The position numbers and the translations under genes are program-made. The notes beneath the pieces were generated by a model. That model was not told where the DNA came from. It did not search any database and saw only the letters and a program-made list of their open reading frames with translations. Below, piece by piece: positions 35,941-50,997 of a stretch of DNA of 64,000 nucleotides. The stretch covers positions 102,520 through 166,519 of the forward strand of contig CACIDC010000001.1 of NCBI GenBank assembly GCA_902585315.1. Direction: 5' to 3'. The stretch comes from an uncultured SAR86 cluster bacterium (GTDB taxonomy: Bacteria > Pseudomonadota > Gammaproteobacteria > Magnimaribacterales > TMED112). How positions within the stretch are numbered: position 1 is the first letter of the stretch; the number at the start of each line of letters is the position of its first letter.

Positions 35941-37520
35941 TTAACTTTAGGTGGTACGTCAAATGTATGGTAAGGAGCTGGTGAATCAACTGTCCATTCA
36001 AGACCATCTGCACCATCCCAAACCTGTGGAGTAGCTTTTTTACCAGCAAATACTGTTTTCACAACTATATATAAAAATAAAAGTTGTGATAAGCCAAATA
36101 AGAATGCCCCTACTGAAGATACTGCATTCCATTCAGCAAATTGCAATGCGTAATCTGCATATCTTCTTGGCATTCCTGCTAGACCAACAAAGTGTTGTGG
36201 GAAAAACGTAATATTCACACCTGCAAATGAAAGCCAGAAATGAAGTCTACCCATTTTTTCGTCATACATATTTCCCGTCCATTTTGGCAACCAATAATAA
36301 ACCGCTGCCATTATTGAAAACACTGCACCCGGCACAAGCACATAGTGGAAGTGCGCAACTACGAAATAAGTATCATGATACTGAAAGTCTGCTGGTGTAA
36401 TTGCGAGCATGAGGCCTGAGAAACCTCCAATTGTAAACAAAACAACAAAAGCAATTGAAAATAGCATTGGTGTCTCATATGTAATTGAACCTTTAAATAT
36501 TGTCGCGCACCAATTGAAAACTTTAACACCAGTTGGTATTGCTATAAGCATTGTTGCCCACATGAAAAATAATTCTGCGACAAGCGGCATTCCTACTGTA
36601 AACATATGATGCGCCCAGACAACAAATGATAAAACTGCGATAGATACCATTGCATAGACCATTGAAGAGTGTCCAAATAGAGGCTTTCTTGAGAATGTAG
36701 AAATTATGTGTGAGGTAATGCCAAATGCAGGCAAAATCATTATGTAAACCTCAGGATGACCAAAAAACCAGAAGACATGTTGAAAGAGAACTGGGTCACC
36801 ACCACCTGCAGCATCAAAAAAAGATGTTCCGAAATATGCATCCATTAGTAACATTGTTACTGCGCCTGCTAAGACAGGCATAACAGCTATTAAAAGATAA
36901 GCAGTAATTAGCCAAGACCAGACAAAAAGAGGCATCTTCATCAGAGTCATTCCAGGTGCTCTCATATTCATGATAGTTACAATTACATTAATTGAGCCCA
37001 TTATTGATGAAGCCCCCATAATATGGATAGCAAAAACAAAATAAGCTACATTTGGATAATTGGTTGATAAAGGAGCATAGAATGTCCACCCAAAACCTGG
37101 CATTCCACCTTCCATAAAAGCCGTCGAAAGGAGGATAGCAAAAGCAGTCGGTAGTAACCAAAAACTGAGGTTATTCATTCTAGGCATAGCCATATCTGGT
37201 GCGCCAATCTGTAATGGTATAAGCCAATTAGCGAGACCTACAAAAGCAGGCATAACGCCCCCGAAAATCATAATTAAACCATGCATTGTTACAAGCTGGT
37301 TATACCTTATTGGATCCATGAGCTGAAGACCTGGTTCAAATAACTCTGCCCTTATACCCATAGCAAAAGCACCTCCCAAGAGAAAAGCTGCAAAACTAAA
37401 CCAGAGATACAAAGTACCAATATCTTTATGATTTGTTGTTGTAAGCCACCTCATGATGCCTTTTTTTGGTCCATGATGATGGTCATCATGATGATTGTGA
37501 TTTTCAACTACTGCACTCAT
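35937..37520 (-). CDS. ctaD: cytochrome c oxidase subunit I
   Basis: 527 aa. WFFGHPEVYIMILP and HHMFTVGM motifs. Confidence 0.95.
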   Translation of the reverse strand: MSAVVENHNHHDDHHHGPKKGIMRWLTTTNHKDIGTLYLWFSFAAFLLGGAFAMGIRAELFEPGLQLMDPIRYNQLVTMHGLIMIFGGVMPAFVGLANWLIPLQIGAPDMAMPRMNNLSFWLLPTAFAILLSTAFMEGGMPGFGWTFYAPLSTNYPNVAYFVFAIHIMGASSIMGSINVIVTIMNMRAPGMTLMKMPLFVWSWLITAYLLIAVMPVLAGAVTMLLMDAYFGTSFFDAAGGGDPVLFQHVFWFFGHPEVYIMILPAFGITSHIISTFSRKPLFGHSSMVYAMVSIAVLSFVVWAHHMFTVGMPLVAELFFMWATMLIAIPTGVKVFNWCATIFKGSITYETPMLFSIAFVVLFTIGGFSGLMLAITPADFQYHDTYFVVAHFHYVLVPGAVFSIMAAVYYWLPKWTGNMYDEKMGRLHFWLSFAGVNITFFPQHFVGLAGMPRRYADYALQFAEWNAVSSVGAFLFGLSQLLFLYIVVKTVFAGKKATPQVWDGADGLEWTVDSPAPYHTFDVPPKVK

Positions 37521-37529
37521 ATACTTCTC

Positions 37530-38681
37530 CTATAAATTTGTTTCCTTATATTCAACAATATCTTTTGGTATAACAATCTCTCCGTCTCCTGATCTCTCAT
37601 TACCCCAAGCTAGTCTCGTAAAAGTAATTACTGAAGCCATCTCAACTTCATTTAGTTGCTCAGCAAATGATTGCATTTGGCTTCCCCTAATACCTTCCAT
37701 TAAAATTTCGATTTGTTTAGCTTTATCATTCATAACCACATCACTTCCAGCTAGTGCAGGATAAAAGCCAGCAATGCCAGCTCCATTTGTTTGATGACAT
37801 GCGGCACATCTGGTCTCATATATTTCTTCACCTGTTGCAAGCAACTCATTTGGTGTCCATTCTTTTTCTGTTAAATATGCTATTTGTTCTGCTAAGTCTC
37901 TTTTTGTTTGTAACCACTCTTCATACTCTTCTTGTGTAACTGCCTTAACCACTATTGGCATATATGCGTGTCTTTCCCCACATAGCTCAGTGCAGTTGCC
38001 TCTATATATACCTGGAACATTCACCTTTGTTTTAGCGACATTTATGAAACCTGGTATTGCATCTTGTTTGACAGCGAAATCGCTCATATACCAAGAATGT
38101 ATTACATCATTACTTGTTATCAAGAATCTTACAGGTGTGTCCACTGGTATTACCACCGGCTCATCAACCTCTAAAAGGTAGTTCTCTGTTTTTTCAACTC
38201 TGTTAAATTCGTACTGATCCGGAGGAGTTGTTAAGTTGGAAAAAAAACTTAATGGCTTGTTCCCAACTTGTTCATCAAGATATTTATATTGCCATTTCCA
38301 TTGCCACCCTACTACTTGTATATCAATGCCGCCTTCCTCAGCCTCATGATCGTATATTTTTTTTAAAGTAATTGATGCGGGTACAGCCATAGCAATCAAA
38401 ATAAGCGTTGGAATAATTGTCCAAAGCATTTCTACAGTATGGTTTTCTGTAAAGGTAGCGGGTTTTTTGTTATTTGATCTTCTGTATTTCCACATAGACC
38501 AAAACAGAACACCAAAAACAACAACACCGATAGCGACTACGACAAAAAATATTGCCATATGTAATCCAAAAACTTCCTTACTAATATCAGTTACACCAAC
38601 AGGCATATTTATGTCCAACCAATCGGCAGACATAAAAAATGATACAGGGTAGAGAATAAGTGCCCAGAGCTTGTTCTTCAT
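37530..38681 (-). CDS. coxB: cytochrome c oxidase subunit II with a C-terminal cytochrome c domain
   Basis: 383 aa. The CuA site CTELCGERHAYM. C-terminal CAACH haem site. Confidence 0.92.
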   Translation of the reverse strand: MKNKLWALILYPVSFFMSADWLDINMPVGVTDISKEVFGLHMAIFFVVVAIGVVVFGVLFWSMWKYRRSNNKKPATFTENHTVEMLWTIIPTLILIAMAVPASITLKKIYDHEAEEGGIDIQVVGWQWKWQYKYLDEQVGNKPLSFFSNLTTPPDQYEFNRVEKTENYLLEVDEPVVIPVDTPVRFLITSNDVIHSWYMSDFAVKQDAIPGFINVAKTKVNVPGIYRGNCTELCGERHAYMPIVVKAVTQEEYEEWLQTKRDLAEQIAYLTEKEWTPNELLATGEEIYETRCAACHQTNGAGIAGFYPALAGSDVVMNDKAKQIEILMEGIRGSQMQSFAEQLNEVEMASVITFTRLAWGNERSGDGEIVIPKDIVEYKETNL

Positions 38682-38746
38682 GTACGCAATATACTACTAT
38701 AAATACTGTTAATGTCGAGTAATAAACCACACTAATGTATGGTTTT

Positions 38747-38932
38747 TTAGTCGTCTATAATTCTAATAGATTCTGCTAGGTTAGTGTCTTTTTTATCAAA
38801 TTCTTGGTCTTTCATTTTTTGGTAATTACAAGACACGCACTTAATCTCAGAATCATCGTTTTTGAGAACAATTGAATCAGTATCACCACATGACGGGCAG
38901 ATGGCGCCTGCGATAAATTTAAAACCCTTCAT
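38747..38932 (-). CDS. yheV: YheV-family zinc-ribbon protein
   Basis: 61 aa. FIAGAICPSCG...CVSC pattern resembles E. coli YheV. Confidence 0.65.
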   Translation of the reverse strand: MKGFKFIAGAICPSCGDTDSIVLKNDDSEIKCVSCNYQKMKDQEFDKKDTNLAESIRIIDD

Positions 38933-39677
38933 TTAATTGGGTTTTAACCTCATTTGTATTTGGTTTTTCATTAAACCAAAGATGAAAACACTCAGCGGCC
39001 TGCTCTACTAGCATGCCTGCGCCGTTATGAAAGTTAACATTTTTTGAATCAGCAAGTGTTTTTAAATTTAAATTTGTGGTGTTTGCATAGTTTATATCGT
39101 AAATATGCCCGTCCTGTTTTAGAGAAAAGTGTTCAAAATCTTTTAAGGTGTTCAAATCTAATGAAGAAGCACAATTGATAATCAAATCTACATCTTCCCC
39201 GTTATATTGCAGTAAGTTATTTCTCTTCTTTGTTATGTTTGTAATTTTATTTAGTGTTCTGTTAGTTATATATATTTTTTTGCATGTGCTTATTGTTCGC
39301 AATATCGAATTAGCTGCTCCTCCTAATCCATAAACCAAAATATTCATGTTTTTATAATCAATATTTCTGGATTTAAGGTCATTAACTAAGCCAATTCCAT
39401 CTGTTGATTTTGCTTTAAGGCCTTTTTCATAAATGCAGTTCACGGACTCAAGATCAGAGTTAAATTCATGAGCAACTATATTTTTATATGGCTTTGTTAT
39501 ATTTAGTCCAAAGCCACCTTCAGAGAAAAAATTACTAATAAAACTTATCGGGTCTTTATCAACATCATAAATTAAGTATTCAATTGGATAATTTAACTGC
39601 TTTGCAAACGCTAAGTGGATTTTTGGTGAAAGAGAATAACCAATATCTTTGCCCAAAACACCCAACTTAAACATCAT
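38919..39677 (-). CDS. aroE: shikimate dehydrogenase
   Basis: 252 aa. YSLSPKIH, NITKPYK and GLGGAA motifs. Confidence 0.8.
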   Translation of the reverse strand: MMFKLGVLGKDIGYSLSPKIHLAFAKQLNYPIEYLIYDVDKDPISFISNFFSEGGFGLNITKPYKNIVAHEFNSDLESVNCIYEKGLKAKSTDGIGLVNDLKSRNIDYKNMNILVYGLGGAANSILRTISTCKKIYITNRTLNKITNITKKRNNLLQYNGEDVDLIINCASSLDLNTLKDFEHFSLKQDGHIYDINYANTTNLNLKTLADSKNVNFHNGAGMLVEQAAECFHLWFNEKPNTNEVKTQLNEGF

Positions 39678-40587
39678 CGGTCCAATTTTTCGGTTTTTTT
39701 AAAACATCGTAAAGCTTTTGTTGTTCATCTGTAAGTTTTTCATCAAATTTATAGTGCCACTCAACCTCATTAGGCAAAGACATTAAAATAGACTCGATTC
39801 TACCCCCAGATTGAAGCCCAAAAAGAGTACCTCTATCGTATGTAAGATTAAACTCTACATATCGGCCCCTTCTAAATCTCTGGAATTTTTTTTCTTCTTT
39901 GTTATATTTTTTCAATTTTTGCTTATTTACTATCTGTACATAGTTTTCAATGAAACTTTCAGCAACCTTTTGTGAAAAACTTAAACCCTGATCAACTTGT
40001 TTAAATTTTTTCTTTTCATAGAAGATTCCACCAATACCTCTATGTTCTTTTCTATGCGGTATATAAAAATAGTCGTCACAATTTTTTTTAGAAACTTTAT
40101 AAAAATTATCATCAATCAAACCACAAACATCCTTTGCTCCCTTGTGCCATCGCTTACAATCCTCTTTATCTAGAATATATGGTGTAAGATCAAACCCTCC
40201 TCCAAACCACTCTTCAAAAACCTGATTTTTTTTATGAGTGCAAAAATATCTAACATTTAAATGTGCCGTTGGGATATGGGGGTTTTTTGGATGAAAAACT
40301 ACCGATACACCAGTTGCAAAAAAAGGCAGTCCCATCGATTTGCTTTTATTTCCCACCGAAGACTCGGGTAATGATTTTCCTGATATAGATGAAAAATTGA
40401 TTCCAGCTTTATCGAAAAAATTTCCATCATCAATTACGACTGAATTGCCATTTCCAAGCTCTTTCTTATGCCAAACATCATCCTGTATCTTTGATTTATC
40501 TTCAAACACCTTTATTTGATCAAAAATATTTTTGTGAACATCTTTAAAGATTTTGGAAATATAACTTTGTCTATCTGATATATTCAT
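39667..40587 (-). CDS. hemF: oxygen-dependent coproporphyrinogen III oxidase
   Basis: 306 aa. HPKNPHIPTAHLNVRYF, GGGFDLTPY and RGIGGIF motifs. Confidence 0.9.
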   Translation of the reverse strand: MNISDRQSYISKIFKDVHKNIFDQIKVFEDKSKIQDDVWHKKELGNGNSVVIDDGNFFDKAGINFSSISGKSLPESSVGNKSKSMGLPFFATGVSVVFHPKNPHIPTAHLNVRYFCTHKKNQVFEEWFGGGFDLTPYILDKEDCKRWHKGAKDVCGLIDDNFYKVSKKNCDDYFYIPHRKEHRGIGGIFYEKKKFKQVDQGLSFSQKVAESFIENYVQIVNKQKLKKYNKEEKKFQRFRRGRYVEFNLTYDRGTLFGLQSGGRIESILMSLPNEVEWHYKFDEKLTDEQQKLYDVLKKPKNWTDDV

Positions 40588-41089
40588 TATTTACTAAATC
40601 TAGTATCCTAGATGGTTTCTTTTCATCTCCTAACGGCGCATCGTAAGCACCAAAGATTTTTCCACCAAAAATGGTTTTTATTTCCTGTATATTTCTGCAC
40701 GTAATTTCGCCAGAAAGGTTTGCAGAAGTAGATAATATCGGTTTATTAACAAGTTTCAAGAAGTGTAAAAGATTTTTATCACCAGGAATTCTTGCAGCTA
40801 TTTTATTTTGTTTCGATGGGATAAGCATTGTTGTAAAAGTATTTTGATTCTTTTTAATTAATGGGTGATACATTTCTTCGATTTGAAACTGGTCAATTAA
40901 TTGTTGAAATGAATGAAACAGAAGAATATATTTTTTTTCTTCACCTCTATTTTTCGCCAAGCTTATAGCATTTATAATTTCAGGTATATTAAGGCCCCCT
41001 ATGCCCCAAACACCCTCTGTGGGATAAGCTATAACTTTTTTATCAAGAATCCACTTGGCAGCTATATTAGCTTCTTTGGTTATATTCAA
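40571..41089 (-). CDS. tsaC: L-threonylcarbamoyladenylate synthase TsaC (YrdC-type)
   Basis: 172 aa. AYPTEGVWGIG and STSANLSG motifs. Confidence 0.8.
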   Translation of the reverse strand: MNITKEANIAAKWILDKKVIAYPTEGVWGIGGLNIPEIINAISLAKNRGEEKKYILLFHSFQQLIDQFQIEEMYHPLIKKNQNTFTTMLIPSKQNKIAARIPGDKNLLHFLKLVNKPILSTSANLSGEITCRNIQEIKTIFGGKIFGAYDAPLGDEKKPSRILDLVNNEYIR

Positions 41090-41580
41090 TCTCTAGCAAG
41101 ATTTTTATCTTTCTGAATGGTTTTTTCTCTTAGTTCATTTTTAAACTCAACCATCTTTTCAGCCATTGAGGCATCACTTACACCCAACATTTGTGCTGCA
41201 AAAATACCAGCATTGGTTGCTCCAGCTGCACCAGCTGCAAAGGTTGCTACCGGCACACCAGCTGGCATTTGAAGTGTAGATAGAATTGCATCCAGCCCAT
41301 TTAGACTGTGTGCGGTTGGGACTCCTAAAACTGGGCTTGATGAATGTGCTGCAACAGCGCCAGCAAGATGAGCAGCCATGCCTGCAATAGCTATATAGGC
41401 TTTACACCCTCTTTCTTTTGAGCTTTTCAAATAATCAACCAGCACGTCAGGTGATCTATGTGCTGAAATAACTTTAAGTTCACACTTAATGTCAAAACCT
41501 CGTAGTGACTTTATAGCGGCATTACCCAGATCTACATCTGAATCTGAGCCGAGAATTACAGAAACTTGTATATTGTCCAT
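41086..41580 (-). CDS. purE: 5-(carboxyamino)imidazole ribonucleotide mutase
   Basis: 164 aa. GSDSD, SAHR and AGMAAHLAG motifs. Confidence 0.92.
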   Translation of the reverse strand: MDNIQVSVILGSDSDVDLGNAAIKSLRGFDIKCELKVISAHRSPDVLVDYLKSSKERGCKAYIAIAGMAAHLAGAVAAHSSSPVLGVPTAHSLNGLDAILSTLQMPAGVPVATFAAGAAGATNAGIFAAQMLGVSDASMAEKMVEFKNELREKTIQKDKNLARD

Positions 41581-41606
41581 ATATATAAAACTATAATAAT
41601 TAATTT

Positions 41607-42119
41607 ATGAATAGGCTAAATATATTAACATTTCCTGACCCAAGATTAAGAAAAAAAGCAGTTCCAATAACTACTTTTGATAAAGATCTTGAAAAAAAAG
41701 CGGATGATATGCTTTTTACCATGTATGAAGATAGAGGTATTGGTCTTGCTGCAACTCAAGTAAATATTCATAAGCGCTTGATAGTTATGGACTTAACTGA
41801 AGACAGATCAGACCCTTTGGTAATAGTTAATCCGAGCTATGAGATTTTAGATGATACCCTTGAAATATCTAAAGAAGGCTGCCTATCAATTCCGACATTT
41901 CAACAAGAAGTTCCGCGGGCAAAAGAAATAGAACTCACTTACCAAGACTTGAAGGGCCAGAAGCAAAAACTCATAGCTGATGGATTGTTAGGGTATTGTA
42001 TTCAACATGAAATTGATCACCTTAATGGAAAACTATTAGTAGACTATGCGTCATCATTAAAAAGAAGTCGTATAAAAGAAAAACTAATGAAATCTAAGGA
42101 TGGCAAAAACAAAAATTAA
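41607..42119 (+). CDS. def: peptide deformylase
   Basis: 170 aa. GIGLAATQV, EGCLS and QHEIDHLNG motifs. Confidence 0.92.
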   Translation: MNRLNILTFPDPRLRKKAVPITTFDKDLEKKADDMLFTMYEDRGIGLAATQVNIHKRLIVMDLTEDRSDPLVIVNPSYEILDDTLEISKEGCLSIPTFQQEVPRAKEIELTYQDLKGQKQKLIADGLLGYCIQHEIDHLNGKLLVDYASSLKRSRIKEKLMKSKDGKNKN

Positions 42120-43035
42120 AGTTGGTTTTGCTGGCACACCTAAGATTGCCTTCGATATATTTTCAGAAATTTTGTCATCAAAAGATATTTCAACGGAATT
42201 TGTGCTTACTCAGCCTGATAAATCGTCAGGTAGGGGCCTTGTTACATCAAAATCATTGTTTGCAAACATTGATAATGTGCCGGTGTTGCAGCCAGAAAGC
42301 TTAAGTGGAGGAGAGTTAATAAAAAAGATAGAGGCTTTTAATATTGATTTATTGGTTGTTGTTGCTTACGGAAAAATACTTCCCTCATGGTTGATCAATA
42401 CACCTAAATTTGGTTGTCTCAACATCCATTTTTCCAACCTTCCAAAATATAGAGGTGCTGCACCAATTCAAAGAGCAATAGAAAATGGCGAAAAAGAAAC
42501 AGGAATAAGTTTTATGAAATTAACTGAAGGTCTTGATGAAGGCCCAATCTATAAGAATTTTGTCATAAACATAGAAAATAAAGATTATTTTGAGGTTGAG
42601 TCATTATTATTAGAAGAATCGTTAAGTAGTGTTTGCTATGTTATTAAAGCTGTGACAGAAAACTTACAACCCAAAGAGCAAGACAACTCACTGGCAACTT
42701 TAGCGAACAAAATAACCAAAAATGAAGGGCAAATTGATTGGACTAATAGAGGAAGGGAAATAGTGAATAAGTTTTTGGCCTTTAAAAAATGGCCAAAAGT
42801 ATTTTTTAAGTTTGGGGGGATGGATGTAGAGGCTGTCAATTTACATATACATTCAAATGATATCGGAAGGCCCGGTGAAATTTCTGAATTCAACGAAGAG
42901 TCTTTAAAAATTTATTGTGGGGATGGGGTTGTAGCATTAACATCTGTAAAATTTCCAGGCAAAAAAGTTATTGGATCAAAAGATTTCTTTAACTCAAAAA
43001 GAGATATAATTTCACAAGGAGATTTATTGATTTGA
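42100..43035 (+). CDS. fmt: methionyl-tRNA formyltransferase
   Basis: 311 aa. Motifs FAGTP, NIHFSNLPKYRGAAPIQ. Directly follows def. Confidence 0.9.
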   Translation: MAKTKIKVGFAGTPKIAFDIFSEILSSKDISTEFVLTQPDKSSGRGLVTSKSLFANIDNVPVLQPESLSGGELIKKIEAFNIDLLVVVAYGKILPSWLINTPKFGCLNIHFSNLPKYRGAAPIQRAIENGEKETGISFMKLTEGLDEGPIYKNFVINIENKDYFEVESLLLEESLSSVCYVIKAVTENLQPKEQDNSLATLANKITKNEGQIDWTNRGREIVNKFLAFKKWPKVFFKFGGMDVEAVNLHIHSNDIGRPGEISEFNEESLKIYCGDGVVALTSVKFPGKKVIGSKDFFNSKRDIISQGDLLI

Positions 43036-44372
43036 AAATAATCATATTGGGGGGCGGCTCAATAGGTGGCAGCGTTGCTAAAGAGCTTTCTTCAGAGGAA
43101 AACGATGTTGTTGTAATTGATAACAATGATGAAAATCTTGAGCCTATAAAAGCTGTAGAAGGCATTCAAACCATATATGGAAATGGCTCATCTCCAAAAA
43201 TGCTTGAAAAAGCAGGCCTTGATGAAAACAGTTTATTGTTATGCCTAACAGATTCTGAAGAAACAAATTTGTTAGCCTCTTTAATTGGCAAAGAGAAATT
43301 TAATGCCGGACGAGTTGTTTGCAGGCTCAAAGGCTCTGAGTATAAAAAAATTGCTGAAGAAATAATTCCTTTTGTTGATTTCTTTATTAATCCAGAAGAC
43401 CTGATAACAGAAGAAATCAAAAGCCTATTACATCATCCTGGTGCACTTGAAATTCTAGATTTTGCTGAGGGTAAGATTAAATTAGTAAGCGTATATGCAA
43501 AGTCTTCAGGTGTTTTGGTTGGTAGGCAAGTAAAGGAACTTAAAGACGACCTTCCTGAGTACGAAACAAGAATTCCAGCATTATACAGAAATGAAGAGCT
43601 TTTAATTCCAACTGGAGAAACAATAATAAATGAAGGAGATGAGGTTTTTTTTATAGCTGATGAGAAACATATAGAAGACGTGACAAAAGAATTACAAAAA
43701 CTTGAAAGCCAATATAAGAACGTGTACATAGCAGGTGCTGGAAATATTGGGAAGTCTCTTGCTAAAAAAATTAATAATGAGTTCAACACCAAATTAATCG
43801 AAAAAAATATTGAGCAATGCGAGCAAGCTTCAGAAGAATTAGATGGTGTGTTGGTGTTAAATGCAGATGCAGCAGATAAAGAATTTTTGTCATCTGAAGG
43901 AATTGAAGATTGTGATGTTTTTGTTGCTGTCACACAAGACGATGAGTCAAACGTTCTTTGTTCATTAATGTCCAAGAAGCTTGGCTCAAAAAAGACTATT
44001 ACAATAATTAACAAGGAGGCTTATTTTGATTTAGTCGGTAAAAACGAACTAGATATAATCATTTCTCCGGTACAAATTACTGTTTCTCATGTTCTTAAGT
44101 ACATAAGAAAGGGGTCAGTTTCAAATGTACATAAAGTAAAAAAAGGTATGGCTGAAGCAATTGAAATAGTCGTTGATTCATCTTATGAAAAACTTAAAGG
44201 GAAATGTATTTCTGATTTAAGATTAGATGAAAACATTAACATTCCAGCACTTAAACGTGGCGAAGATGTAATTATGGCTCATGGCGATACAGAAATATAT
44301 GGCGAAGATCATTTAATTGTTTTTTATAAAAATAAGGATGTCATAGATAATTTTTATAATGCTTTTAGATGA
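43032..44372 (+). CDS. trkA: Trk potassium uptake system protein TrkA
   Basis: 446 aa. TTG start. Two Rossmann/RCK repeats (ILGGGSIGG, IAGAGNIGK). Confidence 0.88.
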   Translation: MKIIILGGGSIGGSVAKELSSEENDVVVIDNNDENLEPIKAVEGIQTIYGNGSSPKMLEKAGLDENSLLLCLTDSEETNLLASLIGKEKFNAGRVVCRLKGSEYKKIAEEIIPFVDFFINPEDLITEEIKSLLHHPGALEILDFAEGKIKLVSVYAKSSGVLVGRQVKELKDDLPEYETRIPALYRNEELLIPTGETIINEGDEVFFIADEKHIEDVTKELQKLESQYKNVYIAGAGNIGKSLAKKINNEFNTKLIEKNIEQCEQASEELDGVLVLNADAADKEFLSSEGIEDCDVFVAVTQDDESNVLCSLMSKKLGSKKTITIINKEAYFDLVGKNELDIIISPVQITVSHVLKYIRKGSVSNVHKVKKGMAEAIEIVVDSSYEKLKGKCISDLRLDENINIPALKRGEDVIMAHGDTEIYGEDHLIVFYKNKDVIDNFYNAFR

Positions 44373-45805
44373 TTAGTTTGCTCAAATTTCTTAGGTTTCT
44401 TGGTCCAACTTTATTGTTTTTTGGAACATTTGTTGTGTTGCCACCTTTAGTTCTAAGTTACTTCAATGATGTTTTAGATAATCAAATGCTAAATATTTAT
44501 TTGGTCTGTATATCATATTCTGTGATTATCTTTTTTACTCTGCGACAAAGGAAGTTCACCTACAGTCCTAGAGATGGTTTTGTAATAACTTTTTTAACAT
44601 GGGTATTAATTTCACTCTTAGCCTCAATGCCATTTATGAATAGCAACATAGCTTTTTTTGATGCTTTGTTTGAAGCAGTTTCAGGATTAACTACTACAGG
44701 TTCAACCGTTATTAAGGACCTTTCACAACTTTCAGACCATGTCCTTTTATATAGACAGTTATTACAGTGGGCTGGTGGTGTAGGCCTAGTCATAGTTGTT
44801 TTAGCCATAATTCCGGCAGTATCTGGTGGTATGAAGGTTTTACAAGCAGAGACCTCAGGTTTTGCTGACAAAAGCTTTTCTCCAAGATTAAGAGAAACAG
44901 CAAGATCTTTGTTGAAGTTTTATTTTCTCATAACTTTAGCGTGTGTATTGTCATACTGGATGGTTGGGATGACATGGTTTGAGGCCTTTTCTCACTCTTT
45001 CAGCACTGTATCTATTGGAGGTTTCTCAATTTATAACGAAAACTTTGGCTACTTTAATGACCCTGCAACGGAGTTTGTAGCTGTATTTTTTATGCTTATG
45101 TCTGCTACAAACTTTGGATTACACTTTTTATCATTTTCGAAAAGAAGTTTTAAATATTATTTAGCAAATGATGAGCTTAAGCTTTTTTTAAGCATAATAT
45201 TTGTCGTTGTTTTGGTTTCAACTCTTACTCTTTATATGAAGGAAGGTTTCAGTGTAAACGATTCAATTAGGTATGGTTTCTTCCAGTCAATCTCCATAGT
45301 TACAACAACTGGATATACTCTTGAACCTCTTTCGGGGTTGGGAGGATCTATTGGGTTTTTAATATTTATCCTTGCTTTTATAGGTGCATGCTCAGGCTCA
45401 GTTGGGGGCGGCATGAAAGTATGGCGTGTTTTATTGATGCTAAAAGTTGGTTTTTCAAATATTATAAAAATCATACACCCTAGTGCTATAAGTAGTGTAA
45501 AACTTAATGGGGAGAAAATAGTTTCGTCACAAATTGAGGCTGTATTTTCATTTATCGCAATTTATATTTCTTTTTTCTTGTTGTTTATGTTTATTTTAAT
45601 ATTCCAAAACGTAGATTTTTATTCTGCTTTTTCGGGAACAGCAGCGGCTATAAATAATCTTGGTCCTGGTTTGGGTAGTTTTTCTGAAAACTACTCTACT
45701 CTTTCAGATGTGGGAAAATTTACATTAACAATGGCTATGATTGTTGGCAGGCTTGAACTCTTTGGTGTTCTAATACTTTTTGTTCCATCTTTTTGGCGAA
45801 GTTAA
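44369..45805 (+). CDS. trkH: Trk potassium uptake system protein TrkH
   Basis: 478 aa, polytopic. Repeated TTTG/GxG selectivity-like motifs. ATGA overlap with trkA. Confidence 0.88.
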   Translation: MISLLKFLRFLGPTLLFFGTFVVLPPLVLSYFNDVLDNQMLNIYLVCISYSVIIFFTLRQRKFTYSPRDGFVITFLTWVLISLLASMPFMNSNIAFFDALFEAVSGLTTTGSTVIKDLSQLSDHVLLYRQLLQWAGGVGLVIVVLAIIPAVSGGMKVLQAETSGFADKSFSPRLRETARSLLKFYFLITLACVLSYWMVGMTWFEAFSHSFSTVSIGGFSIYNENFGYFNDPATEFVAVFFMLMSATNFGLHFLSFSKRSFKYYLANDELKLFLSIIFVVVLVSTLTLYMKEGFSVNDSIRYGFFQSISIVTTTGYTLEPLSGLGGSIGFLIFILAFIGACSGSVGGGMKVWRVLLMLKVGFSNIIKIIHPSAISSVKLNGEKIVSSQIEAVFSFIAIYISFFLLFMFILIFQNVDFYSAFSGTAAAINNLGPGLGSFSENYSTLSDVGKFTLTMAMIVGRLELFGVLILFVPSFWRS

Positions 45806-46617
45806 TAGATATTTGCGCTGATAGTTCGTGGCTTTTTAAATTTCTTATACTCCCAAGAATACAGCTCTGGAGCAGTTAAAATTGCTTCTTCAAACAACGC
45901 ATTCATCTCTGATGTTGTTATTTTGTTTTTTATTTTTTTACAAACTAGTTTGTATTTATTTTTTTTGCCTTTTGTTAGATAAATAAAATTAAGATCATGC
46001 GTTCCTTTGTTAGATAGTTTTTCAATAAGATCAATACAAAAACATTCTTTGTTAAAAAACTTTTCGTAAACACCTTGTTTGTGAGGAACAAGATCTGAGG
46101 CAATCACAATATTCTCTTTATCAATAAAGCTTTTATACAGATTTTTAACGCCATTTGGTGTAGCAGGAAACATCTTTCCTCCCTGTCTTTGTCGAATATC
46201 TAGTAGTTTTCGTTCAAGTTTTTTATTTTTTACAGGCGTATATAAAAAATTAACTTTAGCCAAGAGCTCAGATAGGACAAATATTAGGATATCGACACAC
46301 CCCATGTGTAGAGTAAAGAAAATTTTTGGCCTGTTGTTTTCTAGTGACTTATTTTGTAAATAGTCAGGGTCTATAAGTTTTTTATAATTATCTTTTTTTC
46401 CCCAGATAAAAGGGAAAATTAAAGATAACTCCATTGTTTCTCTAAAACTTTTATTTACAAGCTCTTTGTTGTCTCCAAAACAATGGTCAATGTTTTTTTT
46501 TGTAATGTTTAGATGTGAAACTTTTAATGTTCTAGCAAATATATAAATAAAAAAGGATATAGCTTTTAGAAAGAAAAGCGGAGTACGCGAAATTAGAACA
46601 AAGAGTATGCTAAACAT
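45802..46617 (-). CDS. lpxL: lipid A biosynthesis (LpxL/LpxM/LpxP family) late acyltransferase
   Basis: 271 aa. N-terminal TM segment. HMGCVD (HX4D) acyltransferase motif. Confidence 0.7.
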   Translation of the reverse strand: MFSILFVLISRTPLFFLKAISFFIYIFARTLKVSHLNITKKNIDHCFGDNKELVNKSFRETMELSLIFPFIWGKKDNYKKLIDPDYLQNKSLENNRPKIFFTLHMGCVDILIFVLSELLAKVNFLYTPVKNKKLERKLLDIRQRQGGKMFPATPNGVKNLYKSFIDKENIVIASDLVPHKQGVYEKFFNKECFCIDLIEKLSNKGTHDLNFIYLTKGKKNKYKLVCKKIKNKITTSEMNALFEEAILTAPELYSWEYKKFKKPRTISANIY

Positions 46618-46663
46618 CTATAAAATAATAAAATAGCCTAATTAGCATAATATAGGAAAAATT

Positions 46664-50989
<4,326 letters not shown>

Positions 50990-50997
50990 TCTTTCTA

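Noticed and set aside
43433-44014. A 193-aa ORF on the minus strand inside trkA. Similar antisense ORFs over 100 aa occur at 7964-8299, 13216-13551, 16518-16838, 20259-20615, 21109-21435, 28395-28730, 44560-44871, 51692-52054, 52422-52748, 54877-55260, 56044-56391 and 60473-60838.
   Set aside because: Each lies fully inside a gene with strong family motifs on the other strand. Their translations are low-complexity, rich in Ser, Phe, Leu and Ile, as expected from reading AT-rich GAA/AAA-rich codons backwards. None shows a recognisable domain or ribosome-binding site.
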